From Halorussus marinus (lineage in GTDB: Archaea > Halobacteriota > Halobacteria > Halobacteriales > Haladaptataceae): DNA of 64,000 bases. The translations under genes were made by a program, and so were the position numbers. Of the stretch, positions 8,700 through 19,249 are shown one piece after another. Under the pieces are notes generated by a model. It was not told the DNA's origin. It made no database searches and was given only the letters and a program-made list of their open reading frames with translations. The stretch is taken from the NCBI RefSeq assembly GCF_004765795.1, contig NZ_SBIV01000009.1:1-64000 (forward strand), in the 5' to 3' direction. Every line of letters starts with the position of its first letter. Position 1 is the first letter of the stretch.

Positions 8700-10487
8700 G
8701 TGAGCGACCCGGTCAGCCCATCGTTCGACGCCGAAACCGAAGCCGAAGCCGAGTTAGAGCCAGAGCCCGGCGAGGACCCGTCGGCGACCGACGCCGAGCC
8801 GGGTCGGACCGGCGCCCACTCGGTCGTCGCGGCGCTCGAAAACGCCGGCGCGGAGGCCATGTTCGGCGTGCAGGGCGGTGCGATCATGCCCGTCTACGAC
8901 GCGCTGTACGACTCGGACCTGCGCCACGTCATGATGGCCCACGAGCAGGCCGCGGCTCACGCCGCCGACGCCTACGGCATCGTCTCGGGCACGCCGGGGG
9001 TCTGTCTGGCGACCTCCGGACCGGGCGCGACCAACCTCGTGACCGGGATCGCGGACGCCGACATGGACTCGGACCCGATGGTCGCGCTCACCGGGCAGGT
9101 GCCGACAGACTTCGTCGGCAACGACGCCTTCCAGGAGACCGACACCACCGGCGTCACCGCCCCGATCACGAAGACGAACTACTTCGCCGACCACGCCGAC
9201 ACGGTCGGCGACACCGTTGGGGAGGCGTTCGCCTACGCCGCCGCGGGGCGACCGGGCCCGACGCTGGTCGACCTCCCCAAGGACGTGACCCAAGACGAGA
9301 CCGCGGTCGAGCCCGGGGACGCGACCGTCCCGGACACCTACGACCCCCAGACTGAGGCCGACGACGAGGCGGTCGCCGAGGCGGCCCGACGGCTCGAACG
9401 CGCCGAAAAGCCCGTCGTCCTCGTCGGCGGCGGCGTCATCAAGGGCGACGCCACCGAGGAGTTGCGGGCGTTCGCCCGCGAGTACGAGATCCCGGTCGCG
9501 ACCTCGATGCCCGCGGTCGGCGCGTTCCCCGAGGACGACGACCTCTCGCTGGAGATGGTCGGGATGCACGGCACCGGCTACGCCAACATGGCGACGACCC
9601 ACTGCGACGTGATGCTCGCGGTCGGCACCCGGTTCGACGACCGGCTCACCGGCGGGGTCGACACGTTCGCGCCCGAGGCCGAGGTGCTCCACGTCGACAT
9701 CGACCCCGCGGAGATCTCCAAGAACGTCACGGCCGACGTGGCGCTGATCGGCGACGCCGCCACCGTCCTCGACCAACTCGACGCCGAGATGGAGCGGGCC
9801 CCTGACTGCCGAGAGTGGCGCTCGCAGTGCTGGACGTGGAAGAGCGAGTACCCGATGGACTACGCCACGCCCGACGACGAGCCCCTCAAGCCCCAGTTCG
9901 TCGTGGAGGCGTTCGACGAGGCGACCGGCGACGACACCATCGTCACCACCGGCGTCGGCCAACACCAGATGTGGGCGGTCCAGTACTGGACGTACACCGA
10001 ACCCCGGACGTGGGTCTCCTCTCACGGGCTCGGGACGATGGGCTACGGCCTGCCCGCGGCCATCGGCGCGAAGTTCGCCGCCGACGACGACCAGCAGGTC
10101 GTCTGCTTCGAGGGCGACGGCTCGTTTTTGATGACGATGCAGGAGCTGTCGGTCGCGGTCCGCGAGAACCTCGACATCACCGTCGCGGTGCTCAACAACG
10201 AGTACATCGGGATGGTCCGACAGTGGCAAGACGCCTTCTACGACGGCCGCCACTCGGCCTCGGAGTACAACTGGTGTCCCGAGTTCGAACCCCTCGCCGA
10301 GGCGTTCGGCGCGCAGGGCTTTACCGTCTCGGACTACGACGAGGTGGCCGACACCGTCGAGGCCGCGCTGGCCTACGACGGCCCGTCGGTCGTCGACGTC
10401 CGCATCGACCCCGCGGAGAACGTCTACCCGATGGTCCCGAGCGGCGGGGCAAACGGGAAGTTCGCCCTCTCGGAGGACCAGCTATGA
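8700..10487 (+). CDS. ilvB: Acetolactate synthase large subunit
   Basis: FGVQGGAIMP, HEQAAAHAADAY, TSGPGATN, GDGSFLM..NN ThDP motif; SD GGAGGTGA at 8685-8692. Confidence 0.97.
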   Translation: MSDPVSPSFDAETEAEAELEPEPGEDPSATDAEPGRTGAHSVVAALENAGAEAMFGVQGGAIMPVYDALYDSDLRHVMMAHEQAAAHAADAYGIVSGTPGVCLATSGPGATNLVTGIADADMDSDPMVALTGQVPTDFVGNDAFQETDTTGVTAPITKTNYFADHADTVGDTVGEAFAYAAAGRPGPTLVDLPKDVTQDETAVEPGDATVPDTYDPQTEADDEAVAEAARRLERAEKPVVLVGGGVIKGDATEELRAFAREYEIPVATSMPAVGAFPEDDDLSLEMVGMHGTGYANMATTHCDVMLAVGTRFDDRLTGGVDTFAPEAEVLHVDIDPAEISKNVTADVALIGDAATVLDQLDAEMERAPDCREWRSQCWTWKSEYPMDYATPDDEPLKPQFVVEAFDEATGDDTIVTTGVGQHQMWAVQYWTYTEPRTWVSSHGLGTMGYGLPAAIGAKFAADDDQQVVCFEGDGSFLMTMQELSVAVRENLDITVAVLNNEYIGMVRQWQDAFYDGRHSASEYNWCPEFEPLAEAFGAQGFTVSDYDEVADTVEAALAYDGPSVVDVRIDPAENVYPMVPSGGANGKFALSEDQL

Positions 10488-11152
10488 CCGAAGGCCTCCA
10501 AGGTCCGGCGCCCGACGAGCGCCCACACCCGGACGGTCGGCGCACCAAGCAGGGAACCCGGATCGACCCCGAGGTCGAGGCCGAGCAGGACACCCGGACC
10601 GCGGTCGTCTCCGCGCTGGTCGAACACGAGCCCGGCGTGCTCGCGAAGGTCTCCGGGCTGTTCTCCCGGCGCCAGTTCAACATCGAGAGCCTGACGGTCG
10701 GACCGACCACCGTCGAGGGCAACGCCCGGATCACGCTCGTGGTCGAGGAGACCGACGACGGCATCGACCAGGTCAAAAAGCAGGTCGAGAAGCTCCGGCC
10801 CGTGATCCAGGTCGGCGAGCTCGACGACGACGCGGTCTGTGCCGAACTCGTGGTCCTGAAAGTCCGGGGCGACGAGCCCGACAAGGTCCACGCGATCACC
10901 CAGATGTACGAGGGCCAGACCCTCGACGCCGGCCCGCGGACCATCACGGTCCAGATCACCGGCGACCAGCAGAAGATCGACGACGCGGTCGACGCGTTCC
11001 GGCAGTTCGGCATCATCGAGATCGCCCGGACCGGCCAGACCGCGCTCGCCCGCGGCGACACGCCGACGACGCCCGGCGAGGAGCCGGGCCACGAGAAAGC
11101 CGCCGAGAAGACGAGAAAAGACGACACCCGAACCGGAACATACGATGACTGA
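10484..11152 (+). CDS. ilvN: Acetolactate synthase small (regulatory, ACT) subunit
   Basis: [32 protein letters not shown] overlap with ilvB. Confidence 0.95.
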   Translation: MTEGLQGPAPDERPHPDGRRTKQGTRIDPEVEAEQDTRTAVVSALVEHEPGVLAKVSGLFSRRQFNIESLTVGPTTVEGNARITLVVEETDDGIDQVKKQVEKLRPVIQVGELDDDAVCAELVVLKVRGDEPDKVHAITQMYEGQTLDAGPRTITVQITGDQQKIDDAVDAFRQFGIIEIARTGQTALARGDTPTTPGEEPGHEKAAEKTRKDDTRTGTYDD

Positions 11153-12200
11153 CGAATTCGACACCGAGATCTACTACGACGACGACGCGAACAGCGCGAA
11201 GATAGACGACCGGACCGTAGCCGTACTCGGCTACGGGAGCCAGGGACACGCCCACGCCCAGAACCTCGCCGACAGCGGGGTCGACGTGGTCGTGGGGCTC
11301 CGCGAGAGCTCCGCGTCGCGGAGCGCCGCGGAGGCCGACGGGCTCCGCGTGGCGACGCCGGCCGACGCCGCCGCCGAGGCCGACGTGGTCTCGGTGCTGG
11401 TGCCCGACACGGTCCAGCCCGCGGTGTACGACGACATCGAAGACGGGCTGGAACCCGGCGACACCCTCCAGTTCGCCCACGGCTTCAACATCCACTACGG
11501 CCAGATCGAGCCGCCCGAGGACGTCGACGTGACCATGGTCGCGCCCAAGTCCCCGGGCCACCTCGTCCGGCGCAACTACGAGAACGACGAGGGGACCCCG
11601 GGCCTGCTGGCAGTGTATCAGGACGCGACCGGCGAGGCCAAGTCCGAGGCGCTGGCGTACGCGAAGGCCATCGGCTGTACGCGCGCGGGCGTCGTCGAGA
11701 CCACGTTCCGCGAGGAGACCGAGACCGACCTGTTCGGCGAGCAGGCGGTGCTCTGTGGCGGCGTCACCGAGCTCATCAAGACCGGCTACGAGACGCTTGT
11801 CGACGCCGGCTACTCGCCGGAGATGGCGTACTTCGAGTGTCTCAACGAGATGAAGCTCATCGTCGATCTGATGTACGAGGGCGGGATGCGCGAGATGTGG
11901 GACTCGGTGTCGGACACCGCCGAGTACGGCGGGCTGACTCAGGGCCCCGAGATCATCGACGAGAACGTGCGCCAGAACATGGAGGAGACGCTCGAAGGCG
12001 TCCAGAACGGCGAGTTCGCCCGCGAGTGGATCGTCGAGAATCAGGCCGGCCGACCGGCCTACCACCAGCACAAGCAACGCGACATCGAACACGAGATCGA
12101 GGACGTCGGCGCCGAGCTCCGCGACCTGTTCGCGTGGAGCGAAGACGAGGAGACGGCCGACGAGGAGACCGAACAGGAGCGAGTGAGCGCAGATGACTGA
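11145..12200 (+). CDS. ilvC: Ketol-acid reductoisomerase
   Basis: [37 protein letters not shown]. Confidence 0.97.
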   Translation: MTDEFDTEIYYDDDANSAKIDDRTVAVLGYGSQGHAHAQNLADSGVDVVVGLRESSASRSAAEADGLRVATPADAAAEADVVSVLVPDTVQPAVYDDIEDGLEPGDTLQFAHGFNIHYGQIEPPEDVDVTMVAPKSPGHLVRRNYENDEGTPGLLAVYQDATGEAKSEALAYAKAIGCTRAGVVETTFREETETDLFGEQAVLCGGVTELIKTGYETLVDAGYSPEMAYFECLNEMKLIVDLMYEGGMREMWDSVSDTAEYGGLTQGPEIIDENVRQNMEETLEGVQNGEFAREWIVENQAGRPAYHQHKQRDIEHEIEDVGAELRDLFAWSEDEETADEETEQERVSADD

Positions 12201-12474
12201 CACACACACCACGGACCGATCGATGCGAGACGTGAGCCACACCCACCCGTACGGCGACCACGGCGCGGTAAACCGACCGTTCGAGCGCGGCCCGATCGTC
12301 GTCGCGGACGGCGGCGAGAGAGTCGACGAGTCCGAATCCGCCGACGACGAGGAGCGATCCGAATCGCCCGAGAAGATGAAAGACGTCGACCACACCCCGC
12401 CGCGGGACGCCGAGAGCGCGAATCGGGTCTTCGAGCGCGGCGGAGCCGAAGAGCCCGTAGAGTCCGAAGAATGA
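12193..12474 (+). CDS. Small acidic hypothetical protein inside the ilv-leu operon
   Basis: 93 aa overlapping the ilvC end; internal repeat (MRDVSHT..FERG / MKDVDHT..FERG). Confidence 0.75.
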   Translation: MTDTHTTDRSMRDVSHTHPYGDHGAVNRPFERGPIVVADGGERVDESESADDEERSESPEKMKDVDHTPPRDAESANRVFERGGAEEPVESEE

Positions 12475-12545
12475 ACGTACGATCCGCTTTTCCGGTCGCA
12501 ACGGCGAACAGCCGACGGCGTCCCACGGCGGAGGGGTCCCGATGA
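12471..12545 (+). CDS. Possible 24-aa bridging mini-ORF
   Basis: [28 protein letters not shown] overlaps with both the upstream stop and the leuC start. Confidence 0.35.
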   Translation: MNVRSAFPVATANSRRRPTAEGSR

Positions 12546-13963
12546 GCGAGGGGACCCTCTACGACAAGGTGTGGGACCGCCACAAGGTGACCACGCTCCC
12601 GACCGGACAGGACCAGCTGTTCGTCGGGCTCCACCTCGTCCACGAGGTGACAAGCCCGCAGGCGTTCGGGATGCTTCGGGAGCGCGACATGGAGGTCGCG
12701 TATCCCGAGCGCACCCACGCGACCGTCGACCACATCGTCCCGACCGACGACCTCGACCGGCCCTTCGAGGGGGCGGCCGAGGAGATGATGTCCCAACTGG
12801 AGGAGAACGTCCGGGAGGCCGGCATCGAGTTCTCGCATCCCGGTACCGGCGATCAGGGCATCGTCCACGTCATCGGCCCAGAGCAGGGGCTCACCCAGCC
12901 CGGCATGACGGTCGTCTGTGGCGACAGCCACACCTCCACGCACGGCGCGTTCGGCGCGCTGGCGTTCGGGATCGGCACCTCCCAGATCCGGGACGTGCTG
13001 GCGACCGGTACCGTGGCGATGGAGAAAAAAGACGTCCGACGCGTCCGGGTCGACGGCGAGCTCGGCGAGGGCGTCGAGGCCAAGGACGTGATCCTGGAGA
13101 TCATCCGCCGGCTCGGCACCGACGGCGGCGTCGGCTACGTTTACGAGTACGCCGGCGAGGCGATCCGGAACCTCGACATGGAGGGCCGGATGAGCATCTG
13201 CAACATGTCGATCGAGGGTGGCGCCCGCGCGGGCTACGTCGAGCCCGACGAGACCACCTACGAGTGGCTCCGGGAGACCGACGCCTTCGAAGACGACCCC
13301 GAGCGCTTCGAGGAGCTCAAGCCCTACTGGGAGTCGATCGCGTCGGACGACGACGCCGAGTACGACGACGAGGTCGTCATCGACGGCTCCGCGCTCGACC
13401 CCGTGGTGACGTGGGGCACCACGCCCGGACAGGGCGTGGGGATCGACGACCCGATCCCCGCCCCGGAAGACCTCCCCGAGGACAAACAAGATACCGCCCG
13501 GCGCGCACAGGAGCACATGCGCGTCGAACCCGGCGAGACGATGGCGGGCTACCCGATCGACGTCGCCTTCCTGGGCTCGTGCACCAACGCGCGACTCCCG
13601 GACCTCCGGCGGGCCGCCCGCGTGGTCGCGGGGCGGGAGGTCCACGACGACGTGCGCGCGATGGTCGTGCCCGGCAGTCAGCGCGTGAAGGCCGCCGCCG
13701 AGCGCGAGGGCCTCGACGAGGTGTTCCGCGAGGCCGGCTTCGACTGGCGGGGCGCGGGCTGTTCGATGTGTCTCGGGATGAACCCCGACCAGCTCGAGGG
13801 CGACGAGGCGTGTGCCTCCTCGTCGAACCGCAACTTCGTGGGCCGACAGGGGAGCAAGGAGGGCCGGACGGTGCTGATGAACCCCCGGATGGTCGCCGCG
13901 GCCGCGATCGAGGGCGAGGTCACGGACGTCCGCGACCTCCCCGAGACGGAGGTGAAAGCATGA
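12542..13963 (+). CDS. leuC: 3-isopropylmalate dehydratase large subunit
   Basis: [33 protein letters not shown]. Confidence 0.97.
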   Translation: MSEGTLYDKVWDRHKVTTLPTGQDQLFVGLHLVHEVTSPQAFGMLRERDMEVAYPERTHATVDHIVPTDDLDRPFEGAAEEMMSQLEENVREAGIEFSHPGTGDQGIVHVIGPEQGLTQPGMTVVCGDSHTSTHGAFGALAFGIGTSQIRDVLATGTVAMEKKDVRRVRVDGELGEGVEAKDVILEIIRRLGTDGGVGYVYEYAGEAIRNLDMEGRMSICNMSIEGGARAGYVEPDETTYEWLRETDAFEDDPERFEELKPYWESIASDDDAEYDDEVVIDGSALDPVVTWGTTPGQGVGIDDPIPAPEDLPEDKQDTARRAQEHMRVEPGETMAGYPIDVAFLGSCTNARLPDLRRAARVVAGREVHDDVRAMVVPGSQRVKAAAEREGLDEVFREAGFDWRGAGCSMCLGMNPDQLEGDEACASSSNRNFVGRQGSKEGRTVLMNPRMVAAAAIEGEVTDVRDLPETEVKA

Positions 13964-14586
13964 CCGAGGACGTCGAGACCGTCGAGCGAGTCACCGGGAC
14001 GGGCGTGCCCGTCCGGGGCAACGACATCGACACCGATCAGATCATCCCCGCCCGGTTCCTGAAAGTCGTCACCTTCGACGGGCTGGGCCAGTTCGTCTTC
14101 CAGGACGTGCGGTTCACCGACGACGACGAGCCGAAAGACCACCCGTTCAACGAGGATCGGTTCCGCGACGCCTCGATCCTCGTGGTCAACGCCAACTTCG
14201 GCTGTGGCTCCTCGCGCGAGCACGCCCCGCAGGCGCTCAAGCGGTGGGGCATCGACGCCATCGTCGGCGAGAGCTTCGCGGAGATCTTCGCGGGCAACTG
14301 CCTCGCGTTGGGGGTGCCGACCGTGACCGCCGATCAGGCGGAGATCGAGGCGCTTCAGGAGTTCGTCGACGAGAACCCCGACGCCGAGATCGACGTCGAC
14401 GTGGACGACGAGACCGTCTCGTACGGCGACCGCGAGATCGACGCGACCGTCGACGACGCCCAGCGCCGGGCGCTCGTCGAGGGCGTCTGGGACACGACCG
14501 CGCTGATGAAATCGAACGCCGAGGCGGTCGCGGAGACCGCCGCGAGCCTGCCGTACATCGAGGCCGGCGCGGGAGGCGACGCGTGA
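13960..14586 (+). CDS. leuD: 3-isopropylmalate dehydratase small subunit
   Basis: [24 protein letters not shown]. Confidence 0.97.
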   Translation: MTEDVETVERVTGTGVPVRGNDIDTDQIIPARFLKVVTFDGLGQFVFQDVRFTDDDEPKDHPFNEDRFRDASILVVNANFGCGSSREHAPQALKRWGIDAIVGESFAEIFAGNCLALGVPTVTADQAEIEALQEFVDENPDAEIDVDVDDETVSYGDREIDATVDDAQRRALVEGVWDTTALMKSNAEAVAETAASLPYIEAGAGGDA

Positions 14587-15575
14587 CCGAGACGATCGCG
14601 GTCGTGCCCGGCGACGGCATCGGCCGGGAGGTCACCCCCGCGGCCCGCGAAGTGCTTGCGGCGGTCGATCCGGACTTCGAGTTCGAGACGGCCGAGGCGG
14701 GCGACGAGGTGGCCGAAGAGACCGGCGAACCGCTCCCCGACGCGACCCGCGACCTCGTCGCGAGCGCGGACGCGACGCTGTTTGGCGCCGCCGGGGAGAC
14801 CGCCGCGGACGTGATCTTGCCGCTCCGGCGCGCGGTCGAGTCGTTCGCCAACGTCCGGCCCGTCCGGGCGTACCCCGGCACCGACGCGCTCCACCCCGAC
14901 ACCGATCTGGTCTTCGTCCGCGAGAACACCGAAGGCGTCTACGCGGGCCACGAGACCGAGATTGCGCCGGGCGTAACGACCCTGACACGGGTCGTTACCG
15001 AGGCGGCGTCCGAGGAAATCGCGCGTTACGGCTTCGAGTACGCCGCCGATCGCGAGAAGAGCGTGACCATCGCTCACAAGGCGAACGTGATGCGGACGAC
15101 CGACGGCCTGTTTCTGGAGACCGCCGAGGCGGTCGCCGACGAGTTCGACGTGCCCTACGACGACGCGCTGATGGACGCGCTGGCGATGCATCTGGTCCAG
15201 CGCCCCGAGGAGTACGACGTAGTGGTGTGTCCGAACCTCGCGGGCGACGTGCTCTCGGACCTGGCGGCCGGTCTCGTCGGCGGACTCGGCCTGTTGCCGA
15301 GCGCGAACGTCGGCCCCGAGCGGGGCGTGTTCGAGCCGGTCCACGGCACCGCGCCAGACATCGCCGGCGACGGCGTCGCGAACCCGAGCGCCGCGATGCT
15401 GTCGGCCGCGCTCCTGTTAGAGTACCTCGGCCACGACCGGGCGGGCGAGCGGGTCCGAAGCGCGGTCGAACAGACGCTCTCGACCGGGCCCCACACGCCT
15501 GATCTGGGCGGGTCGGCGACGACGCGAGACGTGACTGACGCGGTGTTGGCGTCGCTCGCGGACTCGGAGAAGTAG
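14583..15575 (+). CDS. leuB: 3-isopropylmalate dehydrogenase
   Basis: [37 protein letters not shown]; operon context. Confidence 0.95.
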   Translation: MTETIAVVPGDGIGREVTPAAREVLAAVDPDFEFETAEAGDEVAEETGEPLPDATRDLVASADATLFGAAGETAADVILPLRRAVESFANVRPVRAYPGTDALHPDTDLVFVRENTEGVYAGHETEIAPGVTTLTRVVTEAASEEIARYGFEYAADREKSVTIAHKANVMRTTDGLFLETAEAVADEFDVPYDDALMDALAMHLVQRPEEYDVVVCPNLAGDVLSDLAAGLVGGLGLLPSANVGPERGVFEPVHGTAPDIAGDGVANPSAAMLSAALLLEYLGHDRAGERVRSAVEQTLSTGPHTPDLGGSATTRDVTDAVLASLADSEK

Positions 15576-15597
15576 ACTGTTCTCGCGACCGGCGAAA

Positions 15598-15831
15598 CTA
15601 CCGGAGCGGCTCGCGCCCGCCGATGAGGTTGGTCGTATCGACTGTTTCGGCGCGCGCGCCGCCCTTCTTGACCTCGGTGGCTGTCATGCACTCGAGACAG
15701 CCGAACACTTCGTTGTGGTTGTTCCCGAAGACGCGCGCGAAGTCCCGCGTCACGAACGAACCGCAGCTCTGGCACCGGTTTTCCGCCATCGTGTCGTCGC
15801 CGTTGGTGAGTCTGTTGTCGGTCGTGGTCAT
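15598..15831 (-). CDS. Small zinc-ribbon protein (CxxC-FARVFG-CxxC type)
   Basis: CQSCGSFVTRDFARVFG...CLEC; alternative start at 15790. Confidence 0.8.
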   Translation of the reverse strand: MTTTDNRLTNGDDTMAENRCQSCGSFVTRDFARVFGNNHNEVFGCLECMTATEVKKGGARAETVDTTNLIGGREPLR

Positions 15832-16049
15832 GCGTAGCGATAGTTACACGCCACTAGAGGCACTTTGTTATCCAGTACCTACACCCCCGTAATCAACCGC
15901 TACCGCGACTGGTAACCGGCTGTTACGGTACGTTCCGACGTTCCCCGGACTCCGGAAACAGCGATCATAATTTAAGTTCGCGATCGGGGAAAGCAGTAGG
16001 CTCGGACTTCCCCCGATTGCTTAACTGTGAAGACGGCCTACTCTCGGCG

Positions 16050-16199
16050 ATGCCCGAGATCCAAGTCGACGCGGAAACGATCGAACGGCTCGACAGCCTC
16101 CAGACAGAGGACGAATCGTACGACGAACTCATCAACGAGCTCATCAACATCTACGAGGCCGAGGAGCTGACCCTGTTTCACAGCGGCGACGAGGTGTAG
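16050..16199 (+). CDS. Small acidic ribbon-helix-helix/antitoxin-like protein (49 aa)
   Basis: MPEIQVDAETIERLDSL...ESYDELINELI; TTAACT about 25 nt upstream. Confidence 0.75.
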   Translation: MPEIQVDAETIERLDSLQTEDESYDELINELINIYEAEELTLFHSGDEV

Positions 16200-16786
16200 C
16201 GGGCGAGCACCGTCTCGCCCGCCCGGACGGCGTCGCCGCGTTCGACCGCGACGTCCGCGCGCTCGACCGACGCCGGCAGGAACACGTCCGCGCGGCTCCC
16301 GAACGAGATGTGGCCGAGTCGGTCGCCGCGCCCGAGGCGGTCGCCGGCCTCGACGTAGGGGTGGATGCGGCGCGCGAACGCGCCGGCGATGAGCGTCACC
16401 TCGTGGTCGTCGAACCGGACGTGGACCTTCTCGTTGCGGTCCGACTCCTTGGTGAACGCCGGGCGATGCTTGCCCGGCTCGTGGTCGACGGCCTCGACCT
16501 CGCCGCCGATCGGCGCGCGGTTGACGTGGACATCGGTCACGTTCATGAACACGCCGACCCGGACCCGGTCGCCCTCCTCACGGACGACCGACACGCGACC
16601 GTCGGCCGGCGCGAGGACGCCGTCGCCCGCGGGCGAGCGGTCCGGATCGCGGTGGAACGCGAGCACCGCCGCCGCCAGCGCGAGCGCCGCGAGGCTCCCG
16701 AGCGGCGAGACCACGACCGCCGGGACGGCGAGCGCGAGCGGGACCGCGGCGTAGCGCCACGCTCCCGGGGCGAATCGTCGCCCCAT
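16178..16786 (-). CDS. psd: Phosphatidylserine (archaetidylserine) decarboxylase proenzyme
   Basis: FHRDPDR, APADG, FMNVTDVHVNRAP, FGSR pyruvoyl cleavage site. Confidence 0.92.
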   Translation of the reverse strand: MGRRFAPGAWRYAAVPLALAVPAVVVSPLGSLAALALAAAVLAFHRDPDRSPAGDGVLAPADGRVSVVREEGDRVRVGVFMNVTDVHVNRAPIGGEVEAVDHEPGKHRPAFTKESDRNEKVHVRFDDHEVTLIAGAFARRIHPYVEAGDRLGRGDRLGHISFGSRADVFLPASVERADVAVERGDAVRAGETVLARYTSSPL

Positions 16787-17245
16787 CTACCGGCTCGCGG
16801 TCTCGCGGACCTGCTCCCACTTGCCCTGGGATTCGAGCCGCTGTTGGAGTTCCTCGGCGTACTCCTGGGCGAGTCGCTCGGCGGCCCGGAGCCGGTCGTC
16901 GTCGACGCCGCCTCCGCCGCCGCCGAGCCCGAGCGCATCCTTGACGGAGTCGAAGACTCCACCCCCGCCGGCGCTCGAACCGCCCCCGCCGCCACCGCCC
17001 ATGGCGTCCATCTGCGAGCGGATGTTCTCCATCTCGGGCATCACCTGTTCGACCTTCGAGGTGTCGGCGACGATCCGGGCGGCCTCGGCGTCGCCGGGGT
17101 CCTCGATCTCGAACTCCACGGCGGTCATGACGAGGCCCCACTCCTGTCGGGAGAACTCCGAGTCCGCGACGCGCTGGGAGAACTCCTGATCTACCGCCAT
17201 CCGGTCGCCGACGATGATGTCTTGCCAGCCGCCTCTGTCGGACAT
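16787..17245 (-). CDS. Conserved haloarchaeal hypothetical protein (DUF5799-like)
   Basis: WQDIIVGDRMAVDQEF...FSRQEWGLVMTA; Gly-rich linker. Confidence 0.75.
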   Translation of the reverse strand: MSDRGGWQDIIVGDRMAVDQEFSQRVADSEFSRQEWGLVMTAVEFEIEDPGDAEAARIVADTSKVEQVMPEMENIRSQMDAMGGGGGGGSSAGGGGVFDSVKDALGLGGGGGGVDDDRLRAAERLAQEYAEELQQRLESQGKWEQVRETASR

Positions 17246-17387
17246 GTTCGAACCCTTGGATTGGGGGGCGTATCAGGGTTTTCCTGCCGGGCGAGCGCCG
17301 GCGCTCGGGTCCCCGTCTCGACCCGTGCTCGACCGGCGTCGGTCGGAGCCACCGCGACCGCCGAGAAAAGCGCGGACGGTCGCCGGC

Positions 17388-17783
17388 TCAGAACGCGTCG
17401 CCGTGGACGGTGACCTCCGCCTCCAGCGACTCCTTGACGGCGTCGCCGACCTTGCAGAGTTCGTCGGCGCGCTCGATTACCTTCTCGGCCTGCTCGTCGT
17501 CGACGTCGGCCTCGGTCTTGACGGCGAACGAGACCGCATCGAGCTTGTCGTCGTCGTTGAGCTCGCCCTCGATGTCGATCTCGATGCGGCCGAGCTCGCC
17601 GACGTCGCGCTGTTCGGCTCCGACGCGGAGCGCGGGGACGTAACACGAGCCGTAGGCCGCGAGCAGGCTCTCTAGGGTGTCGGGGGCCGACTCGCCGGTC
17701 GCGTCGATATCGACGCTGTAGTCGCGGATTTCGTTCTGCGCGGCGAAGCCTTCCTCCGAGATGCTGGTAACTTGTTTCGACAT
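17388..17783 (-). CDS. OsmC/Ohr family protein
   Basis: LLAAYGSCY and ELCKV cysteine pair. Confidence 0.85.
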   Translation of the reverse strand: MSKQVTSISEEGFAAQNEIRDYSVDIDATGESAPDTLESLLAAYGSCYVPALRVGAEQRDVGELGRIEIDIEGELNDDDKLDAVSFAVKTEADVDDEQAEKVIERADELCKVGDAVKESLEAEVTVHGDAF

Positions 17784-17857
17784 GCGCGTGAACCGACGGT
17801 CGCCACGTCCCTAAGTATTGCTCATCGGGCAGAAACGGTGGTCGGACGCCGGCGGGG

Positions 17858-18583
17858 CTACTCGTCGAGGTCGAGGGTCTCGTCGCCGTCGAGCACCGTC
17901 ACCTCGGCGTCGCTCCCCGTCGCCGCGACCTCGCGGCTGAAGTCCTCGGGGTCCTGTTCGATCGGCGCGAACGTGTCGTAGTGGATCGGAACCGCGTGGT
18001 CGGCGTCGACCCAGTCGACCGCGAGGGCGGCCTGTGCCGGCCCCATCGTGAAGTGGTCGCCGATGGGGACCGCGGCGACGTCGGGTTCGAGGAACGGACC
18101 GATCACGTCGCGCATCTCGCTCATCAGCGAGGTGTCGCCCGCGTGGTAGAACGACTGGCTGTCGGCGTCCGAGACCTGCGTGGGCTTTGTGTCGCTGATC
18201 ACGAAGCCGGCGGGCATCCCGCCGGTCGCGCCGTAGTCGGTGTCCATCCCGTTGGTGTGGTCGGCCCGGACCATCGTGACGAACGCCTCGCCGACCTCGA
18301 CGGTGCCGCCGAGGTTCATTCCCATCCCCCCGACCGCGTCGAAGTCGCCGAACTCGTCGCGACAGTACGAGACGATTTCGGGGGTCGCGACGAGCGTCGT
18401 CCCCTCGTAGCGGTCCACGTCGCCGATGTGGTCGGCGTGGCCGTGCGTGAGCAGTACGTAGTCTGGGTCGAGTTCCTCGGGGTCGGCGTCGGTCTTGGGG
18501 TTGTCGAAGAACGGGTCGACGAGCAGTTCCGTGCCGTCGACGTCGACGTGGAACGTCGAGTGGCCGTAGTAGGTGAGTTGCAT
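17858..18583 (-). CDS. Metallo-beta-lactamase-fold metal-dependent hydrolase (UPF0173)
   Basis: GHSTF, THGHADH, YHAGDT, PIHYDTF. Confidence 0.92.
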   Translation of the reverse strand: MQLTYYGHSTFHVDVDGTELLVDPFFDNPKTDADPEELDPDYVLLTHGHADHIGDVDRYEGTTLVATPEIVSYCRDEFGDFDAVGGMGMNLGGTVEVGEAFVTMVRADHTNGMDTDYGATGGMPAGFVISDTKPTQVSDADSQSFYHAGDTSLMSEMRDVIGPFLEPDVAAVPIGDHFTMGPAQAALAVDWVDADHAVPIHYDTFAPIEQDPEDFSREVAATGSDAEVTVLDGDETLDLDE

Positions 18584-18679
18584 GAGTGCGGGCGGACGTA
18601 CGCACGGTTGACACTTAAATGATGCAGGCTATCCGGTCGGACGCCTCCGATCGTCGGGGAAAGTAGCAACGCCTAAGTT

Positions 18680-18693
18680 TTAGGTGTGCCTAA
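18680..18693. promoter_or_regulatory. Palindrome TTAGG-N4-CCTAA (DtxR/Idr-type operator candidate)
   Basis: TTAGGTGTGCCTAA 10 nt upstream of ATG 18704. Confidence 0.7.
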
Positions 18694-18703
18694 TCCGTCT
18701 CGA

Positions 18704-19249
18704 ATGGAACTGAGTCGCCGTGACGCGTTAGCCGCGCTCGCCGCGGGCGGCGTCACGGTCGGTGCGACCGCCGCGCTCGACGGTAACCCCTTCGACGGGG
18801 GCGACGAGCCCGCGCCCGACCGACCCTCGCCCGAAGAGCGCCTCGACGCGCTGGTCGCGGTCGCGGACGTCGTCTACCCCGCCGAGGTTTCAGGCGTCGA
18901 GGAGTTCGTCAGGCGGTACGCGCTCGGCCGGGTCGAAGACCGGGAGGGCTACCGAGACGGAATCGTCGACGCGCTCGACACCCTCGACGAGTACGCCCGG
19001 ACGTGGCACGACGCCGACTTCCGGGCGCTCGACGCCGAGACCCGCGAGTCGGTCCTCGACCAGATGGCCGTCGACGACGCCGACCCCGACCCGGACGGCT
19101 CGGACCGCGAGCGGGTCCGCTACTACGCGGTCAACGAGTTGTTGTACGCCCTCTACACCTCCCCGACCGGGGGCGAACTGGTCGGCATCGAGAACCCGCA
19201 GGGCCACCCCGGCGGGGCGACGAGCTATCGGCGGGGGCCCGGCGAATGA
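18704..19249 (+). CDS. Gluconate 2-dehydrogenase subunit 3-like protein with Tat signal
   Basis: MELSRRDALAALAAGG twin-arginine signal; ends ALYTSPTGG..NPQGHPGG; coupled to the GMC gene. Confidence 0.8.
   Translation: MELSRRDALAALAAGGVTVGATAALDGNPFDGGDEPAPDRPSPEERLDALVAVADVVYPAEVSGVEEFVRRYALGRVEDREGYRDGIVDALDTLDEYARTWHDADFRALDAETRESVLDQMAVDDADPDPDGSDRERVRYYAVNELLYALYTSPTGGELVGIENPQGHPGGATSYRRGPGE

Noticed and set aside
16178..16199. 22-nt 3' overlap of psd and the small RHH-like gene as a toxin-antitoxin or antisense system
   Set aside because: No toxin gene is adjacent, and short convergent overlaps are common in these genomes.
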